Part shown: piece by piece, positions 25,046-37,970 of the stretch | How positions within the stretch are numbered: position 1 is the stretch's first letter | How the letters are laid out: each line of letters opens with the position of its first letter | From: Raillietiella orientalis | Taxonomy: Eukaryota | DNA: 64,000 bases | Assembly (NCBI GenBank): GCA_036172245.1 | Contig: JAYWIR010000026.1 | Coordinates: forward strand, 2,170,001 to 2,234,000 | Direction of reading: 5' to 3' | Made by a program: the position numbers and the translations under genes | Notes under the pieces: model-generated | The model's input: only the letters and a program-made list of their open reading frames with translations | What the model was told of the DNA's origin: nothing | Databases searched by the model: none

Positions 25046-27032
25046 GTAAGCCGAAACCCGCGTCCACCAGTGCCGCGGCGCGTCCGTTAGCTAACCGTGG
25101 TGCGTGGATGGATGGTGTGTGGATCGGAGGGTTGCGCCGGCAGGAACCGGCAAGGCAGAAAAGCTTGCCGAAACCTGGACGTCCTGGATGTCCAGCTCGA
25201 ACGGGCTCGAGAGGGAATCGAATCTCCTGTCGGCTGCTGAGGATGTGTCCCTTCACGTTGCCGTGGAATCCGCCGGGATTGCTGTAAATTCCGTCGCCGC
25301 CGCGAAAAGTGTGTTGTCGAGCCGTCAAGCTGGGGGGGGGGGGGGGGTCGGTCCCCCTGCCAGAGGGATGCCTCAAGCGAATCGAAAAGTAGTTTCATGT
25401 GATCTCAGGGATGAGGATCGCCGGTGTTAACGGGCGGCGTGGACTTTCCCGTGCCCCTCGCAACCGTGGTGCGTGGCCACAAACGAAGACGCAATGCCCT
25501 CCGAGGTAAACAACGGATGGTTCCTCGGAGCGAGGTGTTTGCGATGTGCTCTGGAGAGGATCCTTGGATCGGAAGAGCAAGGCCGCACGTTCCCGAGGAT
25601 CCCAGCAGCGCACAAAGTCGAAATCGTTGCCTCGACAACAGGGGTGGATGAAGAAAAACTTTGGTTGCCTCGGTCGACGGCAAAAGGTAAACACAACCGT
25701 TCGGCGGTTGAGGACCGAAACGCCTGTAATCCCCCCTCTTTGCAACATGGGGGAACCGAAAAGTTCTTCGAAAGAGCCGACTCTCCGCAAGTTTCCCCGT
25801 CCACCTGAATCAGGGAGACCAAAAAACTTCACAGTTGTGAATCCGGTGATGTAATCTTACCCCTGTACGGGGTAAGCAAGGAAAAATCAAAGGAGGATCG
25901 GAAGTTTTTCTCAGTACGTGGGGTCTCGGGAAAAGGAAACACAGATGCGTGTTTGCGCCCGGAGCATGTCTTTCGATTTGTTTGCTCCTCTTCCGAGAGG
26001 ACCACACATGGCAGCTTCCTTCGAGCTCCTTGGAATTCGGAAGCCTGTCACAAAGGATCGGAAGCCCCAACACAGCAACTGACCCCTGACCTTGTGAAAA
26101 CAGGTGCAAATGTGGAGTCGGCATGAACACCTTTGCCGAACTTTGCCGTGGTCGGAGTGAAACGACCATTCTGCCGGTCCAACATGAAGACAAGGTGTTT
26201 TCGTAGCTCCAGGCTCTCCGGGGAGTCGTAGTGGTGCCGTCCGGTCAAGAAGTGGAAGGCTTACGCACTTGTATTACATTGTTTTATTATCACTCCGTTT
26301 GCAAGGACGACCTGAATTCACTTTCCTACTGAGGCTCTGCTTTGGAATGCTCGAGACGTGCAGCAGTCTCTGGATTTACTGCAGCGTACGTGCATTCGTG
26401 CCGACCACACCTATACAGAATTTCTGTTATTCCATCCCCCATCCCACCCCCTCGTCAGGGCCCTCTGCTTTGGGCAGACTCTAGCTCGGAGCGTGCGCTG
26501 TGTACACGCAGTGTGCTTGCAAGTAGTCCCTTTTGAACCACGGGCAAACCCTGCAGCGGCGGAGGAAGCACAGCCTCATGACCACAACACAGCAGTTGCG
26601 GCACCACAGCTCTTGACCGGAAAGCTTCAAAAGTCAGGCGATACGGAAACAGAAATGGCGTCGGTGGGGGGAGGGGGCAGTTTGCCACTCCTCCCAAAAC
26701 GGAGAACCTCACAAGAAGAGGGGGAGGGGGGAGACTTGCTGCCGAAAGGGGAGGGGGGGATCGGCGGTCGGTCATCTCATCCGCCTCCCTGGAACCGAAG
26801 TCGATCTCGTCGCTCGGGAAAAGAAGTCCAGACGCCAGCCGGGAAGGAGTCGAACGGCTCTTCTGACCCCGGGGCGGTGTCGGGTGGCAGGCGAGCCATT
26901 GTTGCGATCCCGCGAGGGCATTGTTGGGCCAGCGGCGCCCGCGCTCCACGAACCGCCAGCGCAATCGAAAGTTAAGCCTACGTCGTTGCGGGGAGGAATC
27001 GGACGTGCGAAGCAGAAGAGCCCGCTAAATTC

Positions 27033-27081
27033 TGTGTGTGTTTGTGTGTGTGTGTGTGTGTTTTTTTTCTCTCTCTCTCTC
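27033..27081. repeat. Compound microsatellite (TG)n-T8-(CT)n
   Basis: Read directly from the sequence; lies just upstream of the acceptor at 27116. Confidence 0.85.
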
Positions 27082-27116
27082 ATAGCAGTTGATAACTGGA
27101 TTATTTCTTCACAAAG

Positions 27117-30100
27117 GTCCTCTGGCATCTGGAATGTTTTCGGCAGGGATTCAAAAGACTAAACCACCACATTTGTTCTTCCGAATCTTGCATGTACTGC
27201 GTGCTCAAGGTAAGTACCGAACGAAGATGAAAATGAAACCGGAAACCGAGATATTGGGAGACGATTTCCCAAAAAAAGAACCATTTCTCTCCCTCTCTTC
27301 CTCTCGCTCCTCTGGGGACTTGCGCAGAGGCGTGCGAACCAACGGAAAAGAGCATTTTTTTTCTTCGTATAAATCTGATCGGATTTAAATGCTGCATCAA
27401 TTTCAAATCCTAGGTAGGCACTACTGGCAAGGAACCTAATCCCAGGAGACGCGAGAAGCACGGGAACTTATCAGCAATATGTAGCACAACCCCGTTTTCA
27501 ACCCGTTTGCGATGCGCGTTATTTCCCCCCCCCCCTCCCCCGCCCCCCTTCTCTGTCTGTCGCTATGCAGCGACTCTGCGCCGCGGACGCTGTGCGTTGT
27601 CTTTGGAAGGCCCTCAGCTTCCGTTTTCGTGTGCACCGTGGATTTTCGTTAGATAGCAGGTGGAACCGTCTCGAGCGTGCACGTAGATGAGATGACCCCA
27701 ATTTTGTCCTTGCAGAGTCTTCGGAAGATCGCGGGCCTACAGCTGGTCAGTCTTTGCGAGAAGCCTTCCATTTTGCCCTCTACGAGGAGTGTGCGGCGTC
27801 TTTGCAGTCGCTCGTGCTGGGCAGATGCAAACGCGTCTGTTCCTCTCGCGAGGTCTCGTCTGTCACCATGCTGTAAACAGCATAAATAGGCGAGGGCTGT
27901 TGTTTTTTTTGTTTTTTTTTTCCCCCCTCCGTTTAATTCCTCCGAGTCCCCCGCGCGCGTTAACCTTGAGGTGGATAGGTGCTTTCGCCTCGAGGAGCTA
28001 GCTGGACTTATCGCGCGTATCGCGCACGGAATCGCCTCTCGCAAGAGAAGTATCTCTCGCCTTTCTATCCACTAGGCGCGGGTTTATGGGCAGATCCTAA
28101 AACAGACTCGCTCATATTATGGTTGTATTTTCTGACTTTGGTTTTTGGAGTGGCGGCAAAGGGTTTCCTTGTCTTTGGGGATACTGTGTACGAACGTCCG
28201 CCGTGTGCCTGGCTGTTGGGGATCGATGTCATCGCTCCCATCCCTGCGTACATCTTTTGACCTTTAGGGTATGAAAGTGGCTGATGTGGTTTTAGAGGGC
28301 TGGTTAGTGCCCCCTGCGCTATGAGTGGAACGTTTGCGCGCTTGGAGATATAGAGGACCATAGCTGCGCTTTCATCGCCCCCTTAACAGTCTCTGAATTC
28401 TGAACTCCCATCTTTTTTCCACTCTCCTGTGGACCAAGACGACAACGTCACGCGCTTCATTTTGCGTCCAAGCTTGGTGCGTCGCTCTTTCGCCGATCGC
28501 TTGGGGAACGCTTGTGTAGGGTGTTTTTTTTTTTTTTTTCCCCGCCAAAAGCGCTCCTCCGAGACAGCCTCGAGGAGAGTGACGTGAACGTGGCATGTGT
28601 TTCTGCGTTTTCGTTGCCATTCTTCGACCCGATCCCCTTCGGGCGCCTCGGGGCGCAATCTTCATCCCTCCTCTCCTTTGTTGGTGCTCCGCATAAGTCT
28701 TCAGGGAGAACCGCGTGCGAAAGAGAATTGAAAACACGCTCTTGCGTGCGTACGCGCGTGTATGAGGGTACACAGGCTATACACGAGCATGTGCGTGTTG
28801 TATATTCGCCCTCGTAGTTCCTTGTACGCGTAGGTGCTCAGGTGCTACCCGTGAAATTGCGTCGTGCGTGTCAGAGATCCCAAACGTGTCGAGGTGAGGA
28901 GGTAAAGAAGCTCCTTTCCCCCCTCGGGGACTTTACGTCGAAGGCTGCTGCCGTCTTCGCTGTCGGGCCACGACCTCGTTGCCGGAGGCGAAGACGGCGG
29001 ACTTTGTGCGTCGGGAAAGGCGTTCCGATGATTGAATCGGCCACGAGAGGTCAGGCCTCGCGATCGAGGAGGCGGAGCTCGCGTGAGGTCTCTGGAGGCC
29101 GTCGCTATGGAAACGCCCGTCGCTCATTTCAAGAGCCAGAGTTGCTGGTTTATCCCCCCACTCCCCTTGGGGAACGTGGTTTTCGTGAGAGGTTTGTTAG
29201 CTGTTAGAAGAAGAAGGGATATCGAAGTTGACACCTCTCCATAATTTCATTGAGGAAGGAAGAAAAAGGTCCTTCCTGACCCTCTTGCGTGGCGAAGAGC
29301 TCGGTCATGCGCTTTTTGGAGTTCTCTGACTTTCCAGAGGGTATCTTTGACTTCCACGAGACATAGAAAAGAAGTTTTGATTCTTCCTGGTTACTTGCCC
29401 AGAGAGTACACTCTGGTCAAGTGTACCTTTGGGGAGCAGAAAAAGTGGGGAAGTCCACAGTCAGATGCTCTCTAGCTGGATTTCTGGCTGCTTTGTGTTT
29501 TCCTGGTAAACACCCGCAATCCTGATGTTGCATAGGAAAGTGCGCAAAGAAGGAGTACTTCGTCTTCTCCTCCTTCCTGTTCAAGTCGGTGGGATTCTCA
29601 AGTAGGGTATCTACCTCAGCTTAGAAGGGAAGGCGCAATCCTTCCTGCCTGAATGGGGGATTCTTCTAGCATCCCGTGAGCAAACCTATCAACTCAATGA
29701 GCGCCACTTCGCGGCTAGCTGAGAGCAGTTCTGCTATCCTTCTAGTCCTATTCGAGAAAAGAATAGAACTGCACCCCCTCCTTCTGTGTCCGTTTCTTCA
29801 TGCTCCGAGGAAGGGAAAGAGGGGAGAGATGTTCGGCATAAAGCTCCCTCCTAAACGCTGCTTTGGATGGGATCGACTCTTCCATGGATCCCTTTCCTCC
29901 ATTCCCAAGGGTGTCCTCCTCCTATCTCTCCTTGGATGGAATAGGAGACCTCCAGACTCTCTCTTCCTGCTAGCCACTTTGCATTGTGACTCGATCGACA
30001 AGTAGAATCGAGGACGCCGGACTGTTCAGGGATCTCGAGTTTAAAATGACGGAGCCCCTTCGCCTTTCATCGGTCGTGGGAAGGAGGGTTGCTGTGCGAA

Positions 30101-33100
30101 CCTGAGTATCCTATCTCCTCCCTGCTTGTCTGCTCTTCCTGCATGCACATGGCTCCTTGATGCCGAGTTGGCGCCTTGTCGCCCAACTGTGCCTTCTCGA
30201 ATGGGAAGAAAAAGGCGTTTTACAGAGCTTCACCGGAGCGGGAAAAAGCAGGGGTGCTCAATGCATAGTTAGGAAAAGAGCGAGCATGTGCCATCCCTTT
30301 TCTTTCGGGGTTTCTGCCGATCCCTTTGATTTCTTCTCCTGTCCATCCTCCATTGGGAAATGAGGAGAAAGGGAAGCTAAGGTTTGGGTAACGTCTCCAG
30401 GACAGATGGAGGCTCACCAAGCTCTTGCTCTGATCTCGAGACACTAGCATGACCCCCTTTCCGTTTTGCAGGAGCTCTTCGCCACGCTGCAGTGCAGCCA
30501 AGAGGCTGTAGTTCCGCTAGACTCCTTCCGGAAGTCTTGCTCGAAGATTCTCCATGGACGTCAGCTTCTTCCCTTGCAGTACACGGACGATGCAGCAGAA
30601 TGTTTCGTAAGTATGGAGCCTTGGAGTGGGGACGGAGGACGTGGGAGAGGTCTCCCTGTTAGCGACATCCATCCAGATCAGGAACCTATGTGATTTGACC
30701 CAGAGGATGGGGAAGTAGTCACTGAATCCCTACTGGAGGAATCTTCCAGCAGGGATAGGTCGAAATCAGGCTGCAATCTGTTTTCAAGGGAGATGCGCGT
30801 TTTTGAGTTCGCGCGAGGTTGGACGTTACTAATGCATGAGCTACACTGTCACGCACACTTTCCCATGCGATGCCCCAAATCGTTCCGCCACATCCTATAG
30901 AACGGAGAGGCGTTGCCACTGCCAGCACGTGGATCATGTCCGCGTGTGCGCATCCCCATCGTTCCCCCTCTCCCCCCCCCACCTTCCCTTTTGTGTTCGT
31001 TCCTTTCTTGAGTTTCTCCCCCCTTCACGGCTTCAGTGCTGTGGCCTTAGAGACTGCAACACAATAGTTATCTTCGACCCACCCGCCTACATAAAAGTTG
31101 GCCCTTCAGGCCGCCTTCTTTTCTTCTCCCTGTGCCCTTCCTCCTCAAGCGCGCGCCCGAAACCCCTCTTCCCGGTTCGCGCTCCCTCTCGCTCGACGGG
31201 ATTGCTTGCGGGCTGTCGCAGCTGCTTGTCGCGTCCCTCTTCGGCTTCTGCCGCAGCTTGCAACCAACGTCTTGCCCTGCAGGAGCAGCCCCACCCACTC
31301 TTTCAGGGAATACCGCGCACCACTTTTGGGGGCACTTTTTTTTTGTTGAGGGAGTTTTCTGGAACAACCCATCTGCCGCTTCGAGTGCGCTATGCACGCG
31401 GCGGGCATCGAAAGGTTTCACCATTACCTCGAAGATTCCGTGCACTTTCCTCGCTAGTAGCAGGATCTTACTCTTGCCTCTTTCACTCTGTGATTTCCTT
31501 CCAGGAGTACATCCTATACCGTCTGCACTTAAGCCTGTTCGGTAGGGAGGCCGACGAGATCTGCACAGCTCCCCAGTGCCTTCCCCATCGTCACATTGCC
31601 GCTAACCTGATCGAGCAGAACATTTGCAAGATGTGCGGAGCTTCTTCCCAGCCTCTTCCCTTCTCCCAGGTTAGTCCGCGCGTCGGCTTCTTCAGCGAAG
31701 GGAGCTTCTATTCCCTCAGCACTTCGTCGGGCCGGAGGCACGTGCCTCCTGTATCGTCTACCATTTGTTTTTCGTGTGGCGTAAGGAGGGGCGGGATGAG
31801 GAACGCTGTCTCCGCAAGAGTGATGATGTGTAGCAGCGAGGACTAGCTGACTTCTCGGATTCGGGGAAGGGGAGGAGGGAGGATTGGTTATCGAAAGTCT
31901 GGAACTTTCCTGTTTCAAGATGGCGTTGTCTGGGCTCATCCTTATCCAGAGTCTCAAGCTCTGGAAGTCAAGGACAAAGTCGCGAACCTGATCTCGCTCG
32001 CCTACCGGTGGAAGGTCCCTTCGTTCGCGCTGGGTGGGACTGCCGTGTGCGAAGACCGGAGTTGTCTTCTGATCCCTGCACGTGAGACCTATTAGCATTC
32101 AGCTTCACACTGGGAACCATGGGAACCTACGCATAGTTCTCGTGGGTGTTCCAAGAAGGCAGCTCGGAAAGTTGAGAGGCACGTAGCTTTCTCCTCTGTT
32201 TGGTGCCTTTACCTTCCTCATTTCTGCTGTCACGTGCTTCACTAAGCGGCTGGGAGAAAGGCGTGACGTAGCTGCGTAGCGACTCCTCAAGCACGAGATC
32301 TGATCACGTGCTCACACAGCATGCGAGGACACTGCCTCGAGGAGCCGCTGTCCTTGCTATCGACATCTCGTGAATCCCCATAGAGGTGAAGTGATGTTTC
32401 GCCCGCACGAATAGAAGAAACAGAACACGAGAAAAGGATGTAGAGGACTTCGTTTGTACGTTTCGTAAAGGAGCTTCGTTTTGCGCAAGTTTGGTACGAA
32501 CGAAGCTCTCTGTATCCTTTTCTTCTCACGTTTCGTGAGAAGTGCTTCCTAAAGCACTTTCGGTAGGTCACCTACGTCCTTTGACCAGCAGGTGCGCCTT
32601 CCTCAGCAATCCACTTTATCGGTAAATTAATTTGCACGCAGGGAGATTTCGGATTTCAAGTTGACAAAGGATCGCAACAAGCTAGCCTTGCCTAAAGGAA
32701 ACTAATCATGGAATTGTCCCACAGATGTGGAGCATTATCTTTGTTCTTGTTTACTGCAGCGAAAGTCTGAGCTGTGGTAGCGTCTACCTCCTTGACCCGG
32801 TATCTTCAGCTTCTTTCTTTCTCATTCCGTAAGATTCCCTACCCCTCTCTGTTTCTTTTTTCACGACACGTTGTCGCACTGATATGGCGAGGATGGGAAA
32901 AATCATTGCCGAATTCGCAGTTATTTGGTGCAGGTGGATTGCAAAGTGCTGCAAATAAAAAGATCCTCTCTCTAGAAGTGGTAGGACACCTTGATACAGC
33001 TCTCTTCTTCTCTCTTCTTTCCCTTTGCTCTGGACACTTCGAAGGATGCATTTGTCTTGAAACAGTGTACGATTTGCTCCTCCAACACGTCTCCTTGGTT

Positions 33101-36100
33101 GCCGTCAGCCAGCCCTTGCACAGATGACTGCCTTTCAAGGAAGAAGGGAAGCCCACCAAATGGCTTCTTTTATTTCTCCTGAAAGACGATGCGAAAATGT
33201 TTTCGGATGCCCCCTAATAACGAAGATGAGGTTCGCAATGATGACGTTATCCACGAGAAAATCCAAAAAGCGCGACTCGTGAGGGTGGACGGAAACGGAG
33301 AAGCGAATCTTCGTCTGTTGAGTGGTCAGTACGATCCACCGAAGGAAAAAACGAGCTAAGAGTGCGACTATCTTGGCACTCCATGATAGGCAGCTTGGAA
33401 AGGATCTCAAGGAAAAACCAGACGGAATGATAGAGACGAGATCTGGGAATGAGAAGTCTTCGTATCGAAAGGCTCAGCAACTAAAAGTTGCCGTGTGTGC
33501 TCGTGGTGCATCTGGTCCCACTTTTCAAGCAGCAGTGTTGTGTCCCGTACCCACACCCAGGAATGCGCTTGATTGCGTTTTTCTTTTGTGCCCCTCGAAC
33601 TTCGTTTTCCTCCCACTTTGCTCCTGATACGTTCTTCCTGTTCCGTTTTACCGCTGATTTTATTCCTTCTCCGTTCGCTTTTGACGCTCCCTCGTGTCTG
33701 CGGCCTTCAGTCAACTTGTGTTTTGATCCCTAGCTGGTTCATTACGTATCCGTCATGGCCCTGATCAATGATGGTTCCACTTCCCACCTGCCGGAAAAAA
33801 GACGAAGCACCCACTACTTTAGCGAGCTACTCCAGTGGGCCGGGAAAATGGGAGACATCCGGAACTGCCCGGTAAGTGTATCGGCGATGCGTCCTGCTCG
33901 TTCGGCCTACCTGACCACGGGGTCATACAGAACGGTTGCGGACCCGAGATCGTCATCAAGAGGACGTTGCTGAATCAGCCGGAGGTGCTCTGTATCGGAG
34001 TCATCTGGGATTCGGAGAAAGCCGCCTCTGCCCACATCCGCTCTGCTTTAGCCGCGATAGGACCAGTCTTGTACGTGCACCGTGTGTTTCCGTGCCAGTA
34101 CGAAGCCTTGACACGCTACGAATGCCCGCACCACCTCACCGCGCTGGTGGCCTACCGAGGCAAACACTATGTGACCTTCCTGAGGCGCTCCCAGCGCTGG
34201 AACGTCCTGGAGGAAGGACATGTGTGGGAGGCCGGGACCTGCTGGGAGCACGTGGCCGAGGCGTGCCGGAGGGCCTCTTGGCAGCCCCTTCTCCTCTTCT
34301 ACTCCAGAACTGTCCCCAATTCGGAGCTGGACCATCAACCCTCTTCCTCTTCCAAGCGTTCCGTTACCCCCTCGCCTCAGACGCACTTCGAGTCCGCCGC
34401 CCTTCCCAGAAGATCAGTGACTCCCAGCTGGGAGATCTCTCCCAGCTCCAGGGGAGTTGGAGGCTATCCCCGGGACTTCTCCCTTTGCCTACCGGGCTCG
34501 AGGGACTCAGGGGTGTGGAGCGGGGACCGCAATAGCGCTTCCTCCTCCTCCTCTGCTACCATGGAGACCCCTCTTCCCCGCGGCATGCCATGCGAACACG
34601 CTTCCGACTTGGGATATGACTCGTACTCAGTGTCCTCGACGGAGAGCTACCCTGCCAAGGGTAGTCCTCGTTCCGAGCTTGAGGACCTGTGCCAAAGGAC
34701 GGACAGGTGTCTACGGGAAGCGCGGAGTTGTGAACACAGCGGCAATCTACTCGGCGCATTGACGTGTTGCAATCAGGCGACGGGTGAGAGCGTCTTCTTG
34801 ACCAGTACTCGCAACCTCTCTCTCTCCCTCCTTCCATAGTTCTGGCTCGTGCCGCCATCAACGCGCCCTACACCTCCGCCCACGCCTTGTCGGTGGCGCA
34901 GAGGAAGCACAACGCGTGCCTACTGCGCCTGCGCAACCTGGAGAAGCAGGCAGCGGTCCTGCAGGAAATGCACCTTGGTGAGCATGAGGGTCGAGGAGGA
35001 ACGCCTCGTTCTCAGGGGGGTGAATCGTCCGCTGACGAGTAGCCATCCTTCTTGGTAGATCCTTTCGGCGACCTAGAGTTCCCCTCGAGGACGCGCCGGG
35101 ACTCCCGTATCCCGAGGAGCTGCACCTCCGAGAGGAAGCTTCCGAGTTCTTCTGCACCTTTCCACCAGCTGCGAACAGCAGAGTTGTATGGAACGCTGCC
35201 CAAAAAGAAGAGCGACAGCCACAATCTCAGCGGGTCCGTCGAATATGAACGCGGCGGAGGCATCCGCAAGCCGCGATCGAAGACCCGCTTCCGAGAAGAG
35301 GCGGCTGCAAAGAGGGCCAAGAGCGAGGAACGCAAAGTAGCAACGGACAGGCATCTGGACGACTCCAGGTTGTTTCCTGCTTCTCCTGACGCCAGTGATA
35401 CGGCAGCCGGCTCAGGAGAGAATCGAAAGCACAAGATCTGCCGCAAGCTCTTCTCCAACCGCTTGATGAAGCGCGTCAACCGCAGCATGCCGGACCTCCG
35501 AGAAGAGACGGACCAGGGTTCGAAGAAGACGACCTGCATCGGTTCCCCGGTCCTTCCTCAGAGGCCGCGGCCCCTCCGCACCTTCGAGGCTTCGAATGGC
35601 TATGCATCAGAAGCCCACGACGAATTTCCTAACCCGGCCTTCCTGAAAAGCAGACTGATGCGCCAGAGCTTCCACAAGAATGCTGCCGGCGCCACGAAGG
35701 TGCCTCCCCCCGTGCCCCAAAGGACCGTATCCAAGCTCACCTGCGCCGTAGCCCCCGTACCCCCCCGGGACGAGATCAAGGCAGCCGCTGCCGCCTCCTG
35801 GCCTCCTGGTGGTAGCGCGCCCCCGCCCCTGTACAAAAGCGAACCTAAGGAGCCTAGAAGTGATGAACCCTTATCGTTTCCGTCCAGTGACCACCACTTG
35901 CCCGTGTATCAGCGCGCCCACTCTGCATCTTCGCCTGACAGGACCGCTGTCTCTGAGAGCGAGGTCCTCACCAAGGCCGATGTTCACAGTAACTCGAACG
36001 GTAGCACCGTTTCTGCCCCTATGCCTTCTAGTCCTTACTCGAACTTGAACGAGCTTTATCACGTCGGCGGTCGGATGCCGCCCCCGCCTTCGCCGCCCCC

Positions 36101-37970
36101 TTCCTCATCTTCCTCCACCTCCTCGAGGATTCCCGGATACTCTCCTCCGGAAGACAGCCTCCCTCCTTACCCCGTGATCCCGTCCAGCAACTCTAGCTCT
36201 TGCCACTCGCGCCAGAGCAGTGAAGAGTTTCCTCTTCCCCCTCCACCGCTCGAACTAGGATGCTTCCTTCTTCCGGAAGCGCAGGTGGCTCCGCTGCCGC
36301 AGTGTGTGCCCAGTCACGCGGACGAGGACGCGGCAGCGGTCCGCTACGAGGGCAGGTTCAGAGCTCCCGAACTTCACAAGGAGGCAGCTGTGACCGCGAG
36401 TAGGGCGGTCAAGCAGCCGGAAATCTCCCAGAGTTTCTTCTTGAAGGAACTCCAGGACAAGCAATTGAAGTTTAGTCTGCGATCGGCGGAGCCGAGCCCC
36501 GCGAGGTCGGCAGAATCCAAAGTGGCATCCAGGGCATCCGCTGAAGAGAAAAGCGCCGTCCGTCGCGTGTCCTCCACACCGAAAAAGCAAGTGTCGGGTA
36601 GCACCCTGGATCGCGTCGGATCTGCGGTCAGGGAGGTTGCACCCTGCCGGAACTTTGGCCCCAGAAGCGAATGCAATCCACCTGTTCCGAGGAATGCGGA
36701 CAGACCCTCGTCGGCAGCGTGCCCAAAGGTGCCTCACCCTGACCGTGGATGCAGCATTCAGAAGCAGCCGGATGCAGAATTGCCACCGGACCTCCCCCCT
36801 CTCGGGAAATCCGGCTCCTCCGGTGAAGTACTTTCGTCCTGGAGGGCAAAGGGTGACTCGCCTACGCGAAGCGCGGAGTACTCTTCGGGCAAGAAGAAAA
36901 CAAAGAAGAACGTTACGTTTTGCGATGACGTCATCCTTGTTTCCACTGCCGAAGAGGCAGACAGCGACAGTCGCTACCCTAACCCGATTCTCGAAAGAGT
37001 CTTGAACACGCTCAAAACAACGGGCAACGCTCATTCCGAGGGAGCCGACGCTCGAAACTCGGCGGAGTTCCATCCGTGCCGCGATTCTTCTCCCGGATAC
37101 GCTATGGATGCCAGGACTGACCACCAAAGGAGCTCCATCCCCATCCCGAACTCTTGCCCTTTCCCCGAAAAGGTGCCAGTGGACTCCCTCCAGGTAGCTC
37201 CAAGGAACGGGAGCATTAGCACCGACCCTTCCCTGGCGAGTCCCACGAACTATGGTACTGCCCATGCCGTCATAGGAACAATCAAGCGGGGCGCCGTCGC
37301 CGGCGTGCAGAGGACGGACAAGAACCTCCAGGAAGCCAGACCTTTCTTGAATGGGTCCACGAGGAAGTGTTTCCCTCCCTTTTGTGCAGCGGAGAACTGT
37401 AAACTCGCGGTGCCTCCACCATCACCCGTGGTGTACGTGCAGGGCAGAGGGAGGACAGCATTAACCCAGGCCGTCGTGGAACCATCAGAGAACGGATTCT
37501 GTGGCGGAAGACTTAAGGGAAGCACACCCGGACAGCAGAACGAACGGGAGAAGCCTCCCTCCGGGAGGAATCCCCGTTTCGGTAACGGCGCACGCAAGCA
37601 GGAGACACCACACACTGCGGGCATGAACCACTTGGTAGACGCGAACGGATGCGGACCTTTCCCTGATTCTCCGGCGAACGGGATGGGTCTGGAACAGTGC
37701 AGTGATCGTCAGCATTCTCCAGGTTGTCTGAAGCCCCCCGAAGCGTCGTTTTCTTTGGAGAGGAACTCCTGGCCGACTTCAACTGTGGAGCGCGAGAAGA
37801 GGAGCGGTGTGGCTAAGCTTCCTGCCAAGAGTTCAAGCACCTTCCCCTGCCATCTGTGCCAGCAGGAGGCTGTGTCTTATCCCGAAGTGTACTGCAGGAC
37901 GTGCGCGATATACATGTCCCAGTTCAAGCAAAGAACTCCCAGGTGCAACCGAATCCCCAACGCGTCCTGA
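27117..37970 (+). CDS. USP54: USP53/USP54 (echinus-like) ubiquitin-specific protease homologue, ~1495 aa with the candidate first exon
   Basis: Exons: 27117-27209 (VLWHLECFRQGFKRLNHHICSSESCMYCVLK), 30472-30606 (ELFATLQCS…DDAAECF), 31505-31669 (EYILYRLH…CGASSQPLPFSQ), 33734-33871 (LVHYVS…MGDIRNCP), 33931-34783 (CGPEIVIKRTLLNQPEVLCIGVIWDS…YRGKHYVTF…QPLLLFY), 34840-34977, 35059-37970. All GT-AG, phases consistent. Collinear with the USP53/54 catalytic domain, followed by a long low-complexity tail. Confidence 0.93.
29101..29114 (+). promoter_or_regulatory. X-box-like motif in USP54 intron
   Basis: GTCGCT AT GGAAAC fits GTHNYY-AT-RRNAAC; motif match only. Confidence 0.3.

Noticed and set aside
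29597..29620. let-7-like TGAGGTAG on the minus strand
   Set aside because: Seed match only; the rest is unlike let-7 and there is no precursor hairpin.
33330..33520. Faint similarity to the C-terminal part of RTE elements in a USP54 intron
   Set aside because: Too degenerate to support by eye.
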